Virus record (IMG/VR): IMGVR_UViG_3300032312_002037
Span: 17,936 to 81,935 of that record
Direction: 5' to 3' (one strand)
Source of the DNA: a virus
Taxonomy: Duplodnaviria > Caudoviricetes
DNA length: 64,000 nucleotides
Shown piece by piece: positions 19,320 to 28,766 of this stretch; position 1 is the first letter of the stretch, and each line of letters starts with the position of its first letter. Made by a program: the position numbers and the translations under genes. The notes under the pieces are model-generated. The model was not told where the DNA came from, made no database searches, and saw nothing but the letters and a program-made list of their open reading frames with translations.

Positions 19320-20018
19320 ATGAAAACATGTAGTAAATGTAAAGAAATTAAAAATCTTTCAGAATTTTCAAAAAGATCTGACTCTAAAGATGGTTATAGA
19401 TCACAGTGTAGAAAATGTAGAAACACTCAAGAAGCTAAAGATAGAGTGAATAGATACTACAAAAACAATCGTGATGTATTATTAGATAAAAGCAAAGAAA
19501 GAAAATTAAAAAAATCTGATCCAAATTCAAAAATCAGAACAATTAGAAAGATGTTTGAGTCTTGTGATGAAAATCAGAGTGTTTGTACAAAATGTATGAA
19601 TATAAAAAACAAGAAAAATTTCATAAAGGATAAAAGTAGGAAAAACGGTTTATCGGCTCAATGTAATGATTGTAAAAATAAATACTACAAAAATAAGAAA
19701 AAAGATGATATTATATTCAAATTATCAACAACCATAAGAAGTATGATATCATCTTACATAAAATCAAATGGTATTAAAAAGTCAAAAAAATCTGAAGAAA
19801 TAATTGGTTGTAAATTTACAGATTTAAAAATTCATTTAGAATTAAAATTTAGAGATGGCATGAATTGGGAAAACTATGGATTATGGCACATAGACCATAT
19901 AATACCTATAAGCTATGCTAAATCTGAAGAGGAAATATACAAACTAAATCATTATTCAAACTTTCAACCATTATGGGCAAAAGATAATTTATCCAAAGGA
20001 AATAGATTTATTGGATAG
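19320..20018 (+). CDS. HNH-like endonuclease with two Zn-finger repeats (free-standing homing endonuclease candidate)
   Basis: KTCSKC...SQCRKC occurs twice. C-terminal MNWENYG-WHIDHIIP...NHYSNFQPLWAKDNLSK. Confidence 0.75.
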   Translation: MKTCSKCKEIKNLSEFSKRSDSKDGYRSQCRKCRNTQEAKDRVNRYYKNNRDVLLDKSKERKLKKSDPNSKIRTIRKMFESCDENQSVCTKCMNIKNKKNFIKDKSRKNGLSAQCNDCKNKYYKNKKKDDIIFKLSTTIRSMISSYIKSNGIKKSKKSEEIIGCKFTDLKIHLELKFRDGMNWENYGLWHIDHIIPISYAKSEEEIYKLNHYSNFQPLWAKDNLSKGNRFIG

Positions 20019-20622
20019 GACAACTTGTTGAAGTGTATATAAATTTCCAATCTCTTTTTATTTTAACACCTAAAGATAAGGCGGCAGTATAAATATCCTC
20101 TAAACATTCACCATCAGCACCACCTACTATAGTAACCGCCTCATTTCTTAAACTTAAAAGTAAATTATATAACTTTTTACTAAGATGGTGCCATTTATGA
20201 TTATTACCAACATAAACAATATATGTTCCTTCTTTAGTTGGAAATATATCACCTTTCTTTAATAAACTATTATCTTCTTTATCAGAAATTTCGTTATAAA
20301 CTTCTTTATCTAGTATCTTCTTATAAAAGTCAGCATCTACTTTATAGTTATATCTTTTTTCAATAAGTTCTTTTTGATTAGGAAAGTGATAAAGATCTTT
20401 ATGAATAGGAATTACTGGAGTTTCATCATATAAATAATCCTTATCTACATTCTTACCATCTATATGATTATCCCACACTTGGTAAACACTTTGAAAATTA
20501 TTACAATACTTCTTTAATTCATTAAGATACATTTCTGAAAAGAACTTTCTAAATGATTTCTGAACATCAACTATAATTAATGTTCCATTACTATGACTCT
20601 CAAATGTTTTAAGGAATTTCAT
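20008..20622 (-). CDS. Isochorismatase/cysteine-hydrolase-fold protein with MKFLKTFES leader
   Basis: LIIVDVQKSF and VGGADGECL. Start reset to the ATG at 20622. Confidence 0.6.
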   Translation of the reverse strand: MKFLKTFESHSNGTLIIVDVQKSFRKFFSEMYLNELKKYCNNFQSVYQVWDNHIDGKNVDKDYLYDETPVIPIHKDLYHFPNQKELIEKRYNYKVDADFYKKILDKEVYNEISDKEDNSLLKKGDIFPTKEGTYIVYVGNNHKWHHLSKKLYNLLLSLRNEAVTIVGGADGECLEDIYTAALSLGVKIKRDWKFIYTSTSCPIQ

Positions 20623-20691
20623 AAAGTATATATTAAATAAAAAACCCATCAAAATATTTGATGGGTTTTAATTCTTTGAATATTTTATAGA

Positions 20692-21279
20692 TTAAAGAGG
20701 TAATTCTTCTTCACCTTCTTTATTTTCTTCTTCACCTTGTGTTTCTTGCTCTTCTTCACCTTGTGCTGGAGCTTGAGCTTCTCCTTGAGCAGGTGCTTGA
20801 GCTTGTCCTTGTGCTGGTTCTTCAAATTCGCCTTGTGCTGGAGCTTCTTGAGCTTGAGCAGGTGCTTCTTCAGTTTGAGCTGGTTGAGCCTGAGCTTGAG
20901 GAGCTTCTTGTGTTTGTGCTTGAGGATGTGCTTGAGGTTGAGCCTCTACTTGAACTTGAGGTTGAGTCTGAGGCTGTGTTTGAGTTTGTGATTGACCACC
21001 ACCCATTAAAGCTCCACCAGGAATTTTCTCAACATCTAAGTTATCCATGTTAATAAACTTTACAATTTCTTCAGCAATATCGACATCACCAAAGAACGTG
21101 CGTAGGTTTTTACCTGTAGTGTCTTTTACTTTTTTCACATAAGCATTGATTAAAGATTGAGGAATATCAATCATTGTCTTCACTTTGTAAATATCGTTTA
21201 CTTGAAGAACCGATTCTTTAATGATTTCTTCTCTGTTCTTTTTAATACGATAGTTTTCATATGTTCTAATATGCTTCAT
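20692..21279 (-). CDS. Protein with MKHIRTYEN leader and long Gln/Ala/Pro/Glu low-complexity tail
   Basis: Translation; late box upstream. Confidence 0.7.
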   Translation of the reverse strand: MKHIRTYENYRIKKNREEIIKESVLQVNDIYKVKTMIDIPQSLINAYVKKVKDTTGKNLRTFFGDVDIAEEIVKFINMDNLDVEKIPGGALMGGGQSQTQTQPQTQPQVQVEAQPQAHPQAQTQEAPQAQAQPAQTEEAPAQAQEAPAQGEFEEPAQGQAQAPAQGEAQAPAQGEEEQETQGEEENKEGEEELPL

Positions 21280-21338
21280 TTGTATTTGAATATTTTTTAT
21301 AGATTATATATTAAGTATTAAAACTCATTTTTTATCAT

Positions 21339-21854
21339 TTAATTAATCAATAATAATCCTAGTACCAATCCTATGATAGCAACTCCTCCACCGAGACCAC
21401 CAACAACCATTTTGGTTTTCATTTTTCTTAATTGTAAACTTTTTTCGTCAATAACTTGTTGTCTATTAGCAACTTCACTTTCAAGAATAAGAATCTTTTT
21501 AAGATAAGAAGCAACCTCTCCTTGTAATGCTTTAATCTGTAAATCTTTATTATTAATAGATTCTTTCAATTTAGCAATTTCCATTTTCTGTGAAGCAATT
21601 ACTTGTTCTTTATCATTGATAACTTTAACACAAACTGAATCATATTGACCAATCTGAGTACTTTGCTTTTCTAAAAGATTCAATAAATCAGTACTATTGT
21701 CAAGTGACTGTGCTTGTTCAATAGTCATTACAATAACTTGCTGACCATTTGAATCTGTTTCAAATTTTGGATAATCTATTTTAGCTTGTGAGTATTGTGA
21801 GTAAGCACTTAAACTCAACACTAAACCAACTATAAGTGATAAAAACTTTTTCAT
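21339..21854 (-). CDS. Secreted coiled-coil protein with C-terminal hydrophobic anchor (possible outer spanin-like partner)
   Basis: Signal peptide MKKFLSLIVGLVLSLSAYS, heptads, and a hydrophobic C-terminus. Confidence 0.5.
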   Translation of the reverse strand: MKKFLSLIVGLVLSLSAYSQYSQAKIDYPKFETDSNGQQVIVMTIEQAQSLDNSTDLLNLLEKQSTQIGQYDSVCVKVINDKEQVIASQKMEIAKLKESINNKDLQIKALQGEVASYLKKILILESEVANRQQVIDEKSLQLRKMKTKMVVGGLGGGVAIIGLVLGLLLIN

Positions 21855-21855
21855 A

Positions 21856-22272
21856 TTAATTTTTTGTTTTATTTTTTAATGATTCTAAAAGAGCATCTCC
21901 TGTTCTATTAGGAGGATTATTCTTAATCTCTTTAATCTTACGTTGAGTTTCCGCTAAATTACCTCTTAACTTATCTAAATTGGCTTTAGATTTACTAGCT
22001 TCAATTTCAGCTTTCTTAGTCTGAGCTTCTTGTTTAGCTAATTCAGCTTGTAATTTAATATCTAACTGTCTAAGACTATCAGACTTTGCTCTCCAAGATG
22101 TTATTTCTAAATCAACTGCTTTCTTTTGGTTTTCTAAATCTTTGAATTCTTGTTTCAATTGTTTAACTCTTTCTTTTGATGCTTTATCATCAGAAAAAAA
22201 CCACTTAAAACCAAATAAAAGTGTTAATCCAAGTAATACTAATATCAAAATTGACTTAATGTCTAATTTCAT
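21856..22272 (-). CDS. N-terminal membrane-anchored coiled-coil protein (i-spanin-like)
   Basis: A single N-terminal TM segment followed by a long coiled coil. Confidence 0.5.
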   Translation of the reverse strand: MKLDIKSILILVLLGLTLLFGFKWFFSDDKASKERVKQLKQEFKDLENQKKAVDLEITSWRAKSDSLRQLDIKLQAELAKQEAQTKKAEIEASKSKANLDKLRGNLAETQRKIKEIKNNPPNRTGDALLESLKNKTKN

Positions 22273-22378
22273 AAAAACTTCTTATTTTTGAAATATATAT
22301 TATTTTACTAAACCGACCTTTTATTTTTGAGAAATTTTATATATATTTGTAAATAATTTAAAAGCAAGAAACTAAAAT

Positions 22379-22897
22379 ATGAGCTACAAAAGATTAATAT
22401 CATTCGACTTCGACGATACATTATGTCACACACCAAAGCCTGAAGAAGGTGAGAAAGTCTGGCTAGAAAAAACAGGAACTGTTTGGCCCTATAACGGATG
22501 GTGGGGTCGTCCTGAGAGCATCGATCCTGAAATCTTTTACGTTCCACTAAATCAATGGGTATATGCTAAATATTTAGAAGCAGTAGCTGATACCGATAAC
22601 TATGTTATATTAGCAACAGGTCGTCTTAAAAAGAAAGAAGGCATGCTTGATAATGTTATGAAGATTCTAAATCAACACAATTTATCATTTGATGAGGTTC
22701 ACTTAAACTGGGGTGGTGATACATACAACTTCAAAACTAAATTGTTTGAAGAGAAAATCGAAGAACTTGGTGTAAAAGAATTTATACTTTTTGACGATAG
22801 ACACGAGCATCTAATTAAGTTTGAAGAATGGGCTGAGGAACAACATGTGAATGTAACAGTAATAGATGTTATAAATAAAACCACTAAGAATTTTTAA
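22379..22897 (+). CDS. HAD-superfamily hydrolase
   Basis: SFDFDDTL (motif I), ATGR (motif II) and FDDR (motif IV). Confidence 0.8.
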   Translation: MSYKRLISFDFDDTLCHTPKPEEGEKVWLEKTGTVWPYNGWWGRPESIDPEIFYVPLNQWVYAKYLEAVADTDNYVILATGRLKKKEGMLDNVMKILNQHNLSFDEVHLNWGGDTYNFKTKLFEEKIEELGVKEFILFDDRHEHLIKFEEWAEEQHVNVTVIDVINKTTKNF

Positions 22898-22937
22898 GAT
22901 GATAGAAAGGAGCACTTTTTAATATATAAATAAAAAA

Positions 22938-23594
22938 GTGCTCATGAATTTAGACGAAAGAAAAGAAAAGAAAAGATTATATGATAAGGAATATCGAAGA
23001 AAGAATAGAGAAAGATTAAATAAACAAAAAAAAGAGTGGTCTAAAAAAAATCCCGATAAAATGGAGGAAATTAGACAAAAAAATAAAGAATCTAAGAAAA
23101 TAAAAGATAAAGAATATGCTATAAAAAATAAAGAAAAATTAAATAAAATAAAAAAAGAGTGGTCAAAAAATAACCAAGACAAAGTAAAAAAAGCTAATTC
23201 AAAGTATCATAAAGATAAAATGAAGACTGATAGCTTATATAAGTTAAGGCATGTTATTTCTAGTATAATCAGAGACTCTTTAAAAAGAAGTGGTTATTCT
23301 AAAAAATATAAAAGTGTAGAAATATTAGGATGTCAGATAGAGGAATTTAAAATACACATAGAATCTAAATTCGAACCTTGGATGAAATGGGAAAATTACG
23401 GCAATCCAATTGACGGAATATATGAAAAGAATAAAACCTGGGACATTGACCACATTAAACCACTAAGATGCGCATCAACAGAAGAAGATATAATATCATT
23501 AAATCACTATACAAATCTTCAACCTTTGTGTAGCTACTTTAATAGATTTATAAAAAGAGATAAAACAACAAAAGAAACAAACTTCTCAAAATAA
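22938..23594 (+). CDS. HNH-like endonuclease, paralog of 19320-20018, with basic helical repeats
   Basis: MKWENYG...WDIDHIKP...NHYTNLQPL. Confidence 0.72.
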   Translation: MLMNLDERKEKKRLYDKEYRRKNRERLNKQKKEWSKKNPDKMEEIRQKNKESKKIKDKEYAIKNKEKLNKIKKEWSKNNQDKVKKANSKYHKDKMKTDSLYKLRHVISSIIRDSLKRSGYSKKYKSVEILGCQIEEFKIHIESKFEPWMKWENYGNPIDGIYEKNKTWDIDHIKPLRCASTEEDIISLNHYTNLQPLCSYFNRFIKRDKTTKETNFSK

Positions 23595-23624
23595 TATATA
23601 ATACTCAGAAAAATAAAATAATTT

Positions 23625-23909
23625 ATGGCAACAATTACTAAAAAGAAGACCGAATCAAAGGTAGAAGAAATTTTATCAAAACCATATAAGTTGATTCTAC
23701 ACAATGATGATTACAATACATTTGATTGGGTTATTACATGTTTAATGAAAATTTGTAAACATGAAAATGAACAAGCTAATCAATGTGCTCACATCATACA
23801 CTATAACGGAAAATGTGATGTTAAATACGGAGACATTGAAACTATCTCAAATATGAAAGACAAGTTAAGGAATGCTGGTTTAAGTGCTACAATGGAATCT
23901 AACGATTAA
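23625..23909 (+). CDS. clpS: ATP-dependent Clp protease adaptor ClpS
   Basis: LILHNDDYNTFDWVI, EQANQCAHIIHYNGKCDVK and GLSATME. Confidence 0.85.
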   Translation: MATITKKKTESKVEEILSKPYKLILHNDDYNTFDWVITCLMKICKHENEQANQCAHIIHYNGKCDVKYGDIETISNMKDKLRNAGLSATMESND

Positions 23910-23936
23910 TCAAAAAGACACAGAAATGTGTCTTTT

Positions 23937-26084
23937 TTATTTACCAAACCAATTAGTACCATTTCCACCAAAGCCATTGTTATTGGCTTTGAATCTATTC
24001 AATTGTTGTTTTCTTATCTTTAGAACTTGACCATAGTCAACTCCTTCAACATAGTCCATATTTTTTAAGGACTCATTAACATAAGACATAAATTCTTTAT
24101 CAACAAACTTACTAGACCACTCTTCTACCATTTCAGTAAAGTCGTGTCTACCAAAAACTGTAGTAGCATTAACAATGGTCATTACTGTATCATCATGTCC
24201 CACATCTGCCGCATATCTTGTATTACCAGCTGATGTAGTATGTTTGACAAATGTTGTGATTTCCCTAATATTATCTTCATTGGTAATAACAAATCCCTTA
24301 CTTTGCATCAATTCTTGATAATCTTTAACCATCATATTCTTATTCTCACCCACTTTTAAACCCACTTTTTCTTCAGTAGCATCGGCTCTGTGTTTATATC
24401 TAACAAATACGGACGAACCATAGTTATTATTACCATCAAAGACGTGAGGTAATTCAGCAAATAAAGTATTACCGTAGTTATTTAACTCGACAACCACTTT
24501 GCAGTTATCAGGATTCAAATATTCAAACACAATCATATAAAGCAACTCAGCTAATTGCTTAACAGATATGTAATTATTTCTATAAATACCAACTTGTTCT
24601 AATCTAAAGAAATCAACAACAGACTTATAATTATTTTTTTGCATCTCTATTAAATCTTTTGATTTCTCAGAAACTCTAAATATGTTTATAATAGAGTAAT
24701 CTTGACCAAGACCTTCAGAAATATCAACAGATATAACCATTTTATAATCTTTTCTCATAAGAGGTAAAAAACTATCATCATCATCAACCCACTTTAAGTC
24801 TGTATAACTAAATTTTAATTTTTTATCAAATTCAAATATAGGCTCATGTAGATAGTTCTTTTTATTCTTCAACAAATCATCAATGATTGCCTCATTTAAT
24901 AATGACTTAGAAGCATTGATAAATCTTAAACCATACTCTTGGTTGAAAGCATCTTCACCACCAATATCCTTAATAGCTTCTTCTTTCCAAGTTGTTACTT
25001 CAGCAATAGCCATAATAGGAACTTCAAATCCATTCTTATCAATAAAAGTAAGTTTTTTAACATCTTCATCTGTACATTTATCATCATTAAAGATGTTGAT
25101 AACATCTTTTAGTAAATCCATGTTATATTCCATAAAGACTTTTGTTTGGTTACCCCACTTCTGATTAACTAAATCAAATATCTCTTCTTTAGTTACACCA
25201 TATTCATACATCTTATGAGGATTAAGTCTTATATAAGTAACAAAACGACCAGGCACTTGATACCAGTAAACTCTCATTGGTTTATAGTTATTCTTCATTG
25301 GATCACCCTCAGGTCTTTCAGCATCAGTTAATAATCTATGGAATAGATTCATACCATTTGGAGTAGAGGTGATAATAATTTTTGAGTTTTGAACAGCAGC
25401 AGTCGTTGGAAAAGCGGCAGTGTAGTAAGGCTCAATGATATTTGAAGGAATGTGAGCAAACTCATCTAAGTAAAGTACGTCAATAGTAAAACCAATAGCT
25501 GGAGTCTTTGTTCTAGCTGATGTTTTAATTCTACACCCGTTCTCAAATGTTAGTGACTTTTGATTCCAAGTTTTAATACCTGGCTTTAAAAAGAAAGGTA
25601 ATAATGAATAGATTGATTTAATCTTATCAACAATCTCAACAGCTGTATCACCTTTGTTGGCTACAATCATTATATTCTTATCATTATCAAATAGAATTTT
25701 ATGCAACATGAAAATAGAAGATGAGATTGTTTTACCAACCTGACGAGATGCCATTAAAATACTAAATCTATTATTAACAAAACTATCAAGCATCTCTTTT
25801 TGATAATCTCTCAGTTTAATAGAACCAATAGAACCATCTTCTCTTTTTACTTTACAATATTTTTCTACAAAGTAATGAACATCTAAGGCACATCTAACGT
25901 ATTCTTGTTGTTCATCAGCGGTCATCCTAAATGAAACACCAGCTCTTCTCAAGCCAACTTCACTCTTTAACCAAGGATTCTGATATCTTTTAATGACTAT
26001 ACCATCGTTAATCTTATCAGTAGCCTCGCCTACTAATTTGGTCGTAAAAACCATTTGTCTTTCTTGTTGTGGAGCAAATGCCAT
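23937..26084 (-). CDS. terL: Terminase large subunit, T4 gp17-like, with an 85-aa insertion
   Basis: ASRQVGKT, YLDEFAHI, ITSTPNG, FNQEY, VDISEGLGQDYS and HDDTVM. Confidence 0.92.
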   Translation of the reverse strand: MAFAPQQERQMVFTTKLVGEATDKINDGIVIKRYQNPWLKSEVGLRRAGVSFRMTADEQQEYVRCALDVHYFVEKYCKVKREDGSIGSIKLRDYQKEMLDSFVNNRFSILMASRQVGKTISSSIFMLHKILFDNDKNIMIVANKGDTAVEIVDKIKSIYSLLPFFLKPGIKTWNQKSLTFENGCRIKTSARTKTPAIGFTIDVLYLDEFAHIPSNIIEPYYTAAFPTTAAVQNSKIIITSTPNGMNLFHRLLTDAERPEGDPMKNNYKPMRVYWYQVPGRFVTYIRLNPHKMYEYGVTKEEIFDLVNQKWGNQTKVFMEYNMDLLKDVINIFNDDKCTDEDVKKLTFIDKNGFEVPIMAIAEVTTWKEEAIKDIGGEDAFNQEYGLRFINASKSLLNEAIIDDLLKNKKNYLHEPIFEFDKKLKFSYTDLKWVDDDDSFLPLMRKDYKMVISVDISEGLGQDYSIINIFRVSEKSKDLIEMQKNNYKSVVDFFRLEQVGIYRNNYISVKQLAELLYMIVFEYLNPDNCKVVVELNNYGNTLFAELPHVFDGNNNYGSSVFVRYKHRADATEEKVGLKVGENKNMMVKDYQELMQSKGFVITNEDNIREITTFVKHTTSAGNTRYAADVGHDDTVMTIVNATTVFGRHDFTEMVEEWSSKFVDKEFMSYVNESLKNMDYVEGVDYGQVLKIRKQQLNRFKANNNGFGGNGTNWFGK

Positions 26085-26106
26085 ATTTTAGGAAAAGATA
26101 TTTTTT

Positions 26107-26116
26107 AATATATATT
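26107..26116. promoter_or_regulatory. Palindromic late-promoter core shared by divergent terL and putative terS
   Basis: AATATATATT gives AATATATA on both strands. Confidence 0.55.
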
Positions 26117-26133
26117 GTAAAAAACCACCTTCT

Positions 26134-26772
26134 ATGTCAAAAACAGAGAATGAAAGAAATAGAATCAAAGATGAATTCGATGAAATCCAGTCGGAGAGTG
26201 GCGAATTCGATATAAGTAAACACCTCGCTAGACCTGAAGATTTACCAGATTTAGGTGAAATTGAAATCTACGATTATGACTCAGATATGACAGTTGCTAG
26301 CCAACAGTCTATGGAAGTATTAGAATCGCTTATTGATTTATATCTAAGTGATGTACCTCAATTAAAAGAACATCCTTATATTAGAAATAAAATGAAAGAA
26401 GATGCTAAAGTTTATGCTGAAACAATCTTCTTATCAAAAATGACTAGAAAGAACTTCTTATCACAATTAAGACAAGTTGACAATGGTGATAACTCCGCTA
26501 GAATGCATGAAGTTGTCAATCAAACAATTGGTCAAATTAGAGAAAACTCTAAATTTTCATCCACACAAAGAACTGAACTTGAAAAATTCTATAAAGGATT
26601 AAGAAAAGATTTAGGTCTTAATGAAATTGAAAACCCTGAAGTCATAAAAGCTCAAAATATAGCGGCTGAAGAATCAGCAGGTCAGTCAGTAGGCGGTGGA
26701 GAAATAATGGATAATAGAAAGCTTAATGATTTAATTAAGAACGCTATGATTAGTAAAGAAAAAGATAAGTAA
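26134..26772 (+). CDS. Putative terminase small subunit, T4 gp16-like
   Basis: SARMHEVVNQTIGQI resembles the gp16 segment SPRHMEVFATLMGQM (recalled). The protein is helical and adjacent to terL. Confidence 0.5.
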   Translation: MSKTENERNRIKDEFDEIQSESGEFDISKHLARPEDLPDLGEIEIYDYDSDMTVASQQSMEVLESLIDLYLSDVPQLKEHPYIRNKMKEDAKVYAETIFLSKMTRKNFLSQLRQVDNGDNSARMHEVVNQTIGQIRENSKFSSTQRTELEKFYKGLRKDLGLNEIENPEVIKAQNIAAEESAGQSVGGGEIMDNRKLNDLIKNAMISKEKDK

Positions 26773-26773
26773 G

Positions 26774-27619
26774 TTATCTCCATTTGAAACTTTCAAAAAC
26801 TGTTATTAAATTACTAAATTGAATATCCACTTTTGTAGTTACAAATCTATTTACTTTATTATTAGTAATATAGTTAACATACAATGTATGTTTCTTAGAC
26901 TTTAACTCTTCTTTGATATTCTCTTTGATATTAGCATCACTGTTTGATGATAGAACTGTTAAAACTCTATTGGATTCTTTTGCTAGTTTTATAACATTTT
27001 CCTCATCATCATAGAAGAATAGCTCTTCATATTTGTTCAATACTTCATCAGTGAATTTATCACCTTCAGTTTTTAGACCAACAATATGTTGTAGCAACAA
27101 TCTAACTTTCTTATGAGAAATGTCATCAGAACTTCTATTATAGAAAGTCTCAGAGATATAGTAAAACTTCTTTATAAACAAACCATTCTCTTTTAACTTA
27201 TCTTCTATTTTAGAAATCATTAACTCATAGTTTGTTTTATTATTCTTTGAGCATATTACATAGATATCATCATCTGTGTTTTTTAGATGTAAAACATTTT
27301 CTAAATTAATAGTATATTCTAAATTTTCTATTAATTCTTTATTCATAAACTCCTGCATAGAAAAAGCAAGATCAGAGATATCAGCTCTATAATTTTTTGC
27401 TTTGATTTTTAACTTCTCAAACATCTCTGTTGGAATCCAATAAGTATGACCACCAAAGTCAATAGAATTACCATGACTCTTGTAAATGCCTCTTTTAATC
27501 AAATTAAAATCTGATTCTGATATTTTCATAATAGGTAGATTTGGTTTAGTTTTATCAACTATCCAAACCTGACTATTAGTATTCAATATTGTGTCTAAGT
27601 CAAAAAAATGTGCTTTCAT
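26774..27619 (-). CDS. HAD-like hypothetical protein
   Basis: N-terminal FFDLD and late FFYDDE, both degenerate HAD motifs. Confidence 0.45.
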   Translation of the reverse strand: MKAHFFDLDTILNTNSQVWIVDKTKPNLPIMKISESDFNLIKRGIYKSHGNSIDFGGHTYWIPTEMFEKLKIKAKNYRADISDLAFSMQEFMNKELIENLEYTINLENVLHLKNTDDDIYVICSKNNKTNYELMISKIEDKLKENGLFIKKFYYISETFYNRSSDDISHKKVRLLLQHIVGLKTEGDKFTDEVLNKYEELFFYDDEENVIKLAKESNRVLTVLSSNSDANIKENIKEELKSKKHTLYVNYITNNKVNRFVTTKVDIQFSNLITVFESFKWR

Positions 27620-27900
27620 TATAATTTATAATTTGTTACTTTGTATTTCATTTCATGAGGCATACCATCAAATCTAGAACCCTCATATTCTTTAGTCTTC
27701 CACTCTATACCACCACTTAACTCAGTGGCAAAACTTCTACATTTTGGACACTCTTTTGGTGCTATCTTTTGAACTTGACCTAGAACATTATCAATCTTAG
27801 ATGATCTAATATCATTTTTTACTTCAACCATATCAGCCTCTGTATAATAGAAATGTCCTTTACACCAAGGATTACCGCAAATTTTTTTTATCTTTTCCAT
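27619..27900 (-). CDS. Small zinc-finger protein
   Basis: CGNPWC...CPKC. Confidence 0.6.
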   Translation of the reverse strand: MEKIKKICGNPWCKGHFYYTEADMVEVKNDIRSSKIDNVLGQVQKIAPKECPKCRSFATELSGGIEWKTKEYEGSRFDGMPHEMKYKVTNYKL

Positions 27901-27962
27901 AAAGTATATATTAAATAAAAAATCTCGTCATTTCTAACGAGATTTTTTATCTTTTATATTTC

Positions 27963-28430
27963 TTAGTATTTTATCATACTCCTACTTATTGCAAAATTAT
28001 AAAGTATTGGTAAGTTTAGATATTTCATAAATCCATTTCTTATATCTAATAACGTTTTTGATTTTTTAACTATATTAATTATTAAAAATCCAAATTCTTC
28101 TTGGAATTCTAAGTAACAATCACACCAAGGTTGATTATAATGGTCTAGTGAGTTCCATTCTTTGTATCCACCAGATAGCCAGTATAAAGCTTTTTCAGGG
28201 GTTATATTTTCATAAATCATTTTTTTGTCTATTGTCGTATTCCAAATTGGATCATTCCAGTCAGATTTTCTCATTAATATTGATACTGCTTCCGCCAAAT
28301 CTGATGTCATTTCTGGTCCAATCTCAAAGAAGTACTCGTTTCCTTCTTTTGTCACTCTCAACTCCTTCTGATTCAAAATTTCATTAGCTTCTTGTTTTTT
28401 AACTCCAAAAGCAACTCTTTTTCTCTTCAT
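27963..28430 (-). CDS. Hypothetical protein
   Basis: ORF in an operon behind 28742. Confidence 0.6.
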   Translation of the reverse strand: MKRKRVAFGVKKQEANEILNQKELRVTKEGNEYFFEIGPEMTSDLAEAVSILMRKSDWNDPIWNTTIDKKMIYENITPEKALYWLSGGYKEWNSLDHYNQPWCDCYLEFQEEFGFLIINIVKKSKTLLDIRNGFMKYLNLPILYNFAISRSMIKY

Positions 28431-28448
28431 AATAATTTGTGTTAATTT

Positions 28449-28742
28449 TTATATCTGTGTAAGATTAATACCGCTTAGCCATTTCCCTCTGAAATTGCCG
28501 CTTTCCCATATACCATTTTCAAAGTTTCCATAAAAGTTTCCTTTTTTAAATATACCGTAGTACCAGTCGCCTGTATAGAAACTACCATTGTTCCATATAA
28601 GTGTGTTATTTTTTATTTCTAATTGAGCATTCTCAATCTCTGAGTCAATAAGCCAATAGAATTTCTCTTTAAGAAGGATATCGTGTATCTCATTAGCATT
28701 TGTGTATGTCTTACCACGATAGTTTAGTTCTGAATATCTCAT
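28449..28742 (-). CDS. Small protein with (W/F)xxGx pentapeptide-like repeats
   Basis: WNNGSFYTGDWYYGIFKKGNFYGNFENGIWESGNFRGKW. Confidence 0.6.
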   Translation of the reverse strand: MRYSELNYRGKTYTNANEIHDILLKEKFYWLIDSEIENAQLEIKNNTLIWNNGSFYTGDWYYGIFKKGNFYGNFENGIWESGNFRGKWLSGINLTQI

Positions 28743-28766
28743 AATAAAATATGAATTTGTATGACT

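Noticed and set aside
24990-25244. Intein in the terminase
   Set aside because: It lacks an N-terminal Cys/Ser and a C-terminal His-Asn, and is too short.
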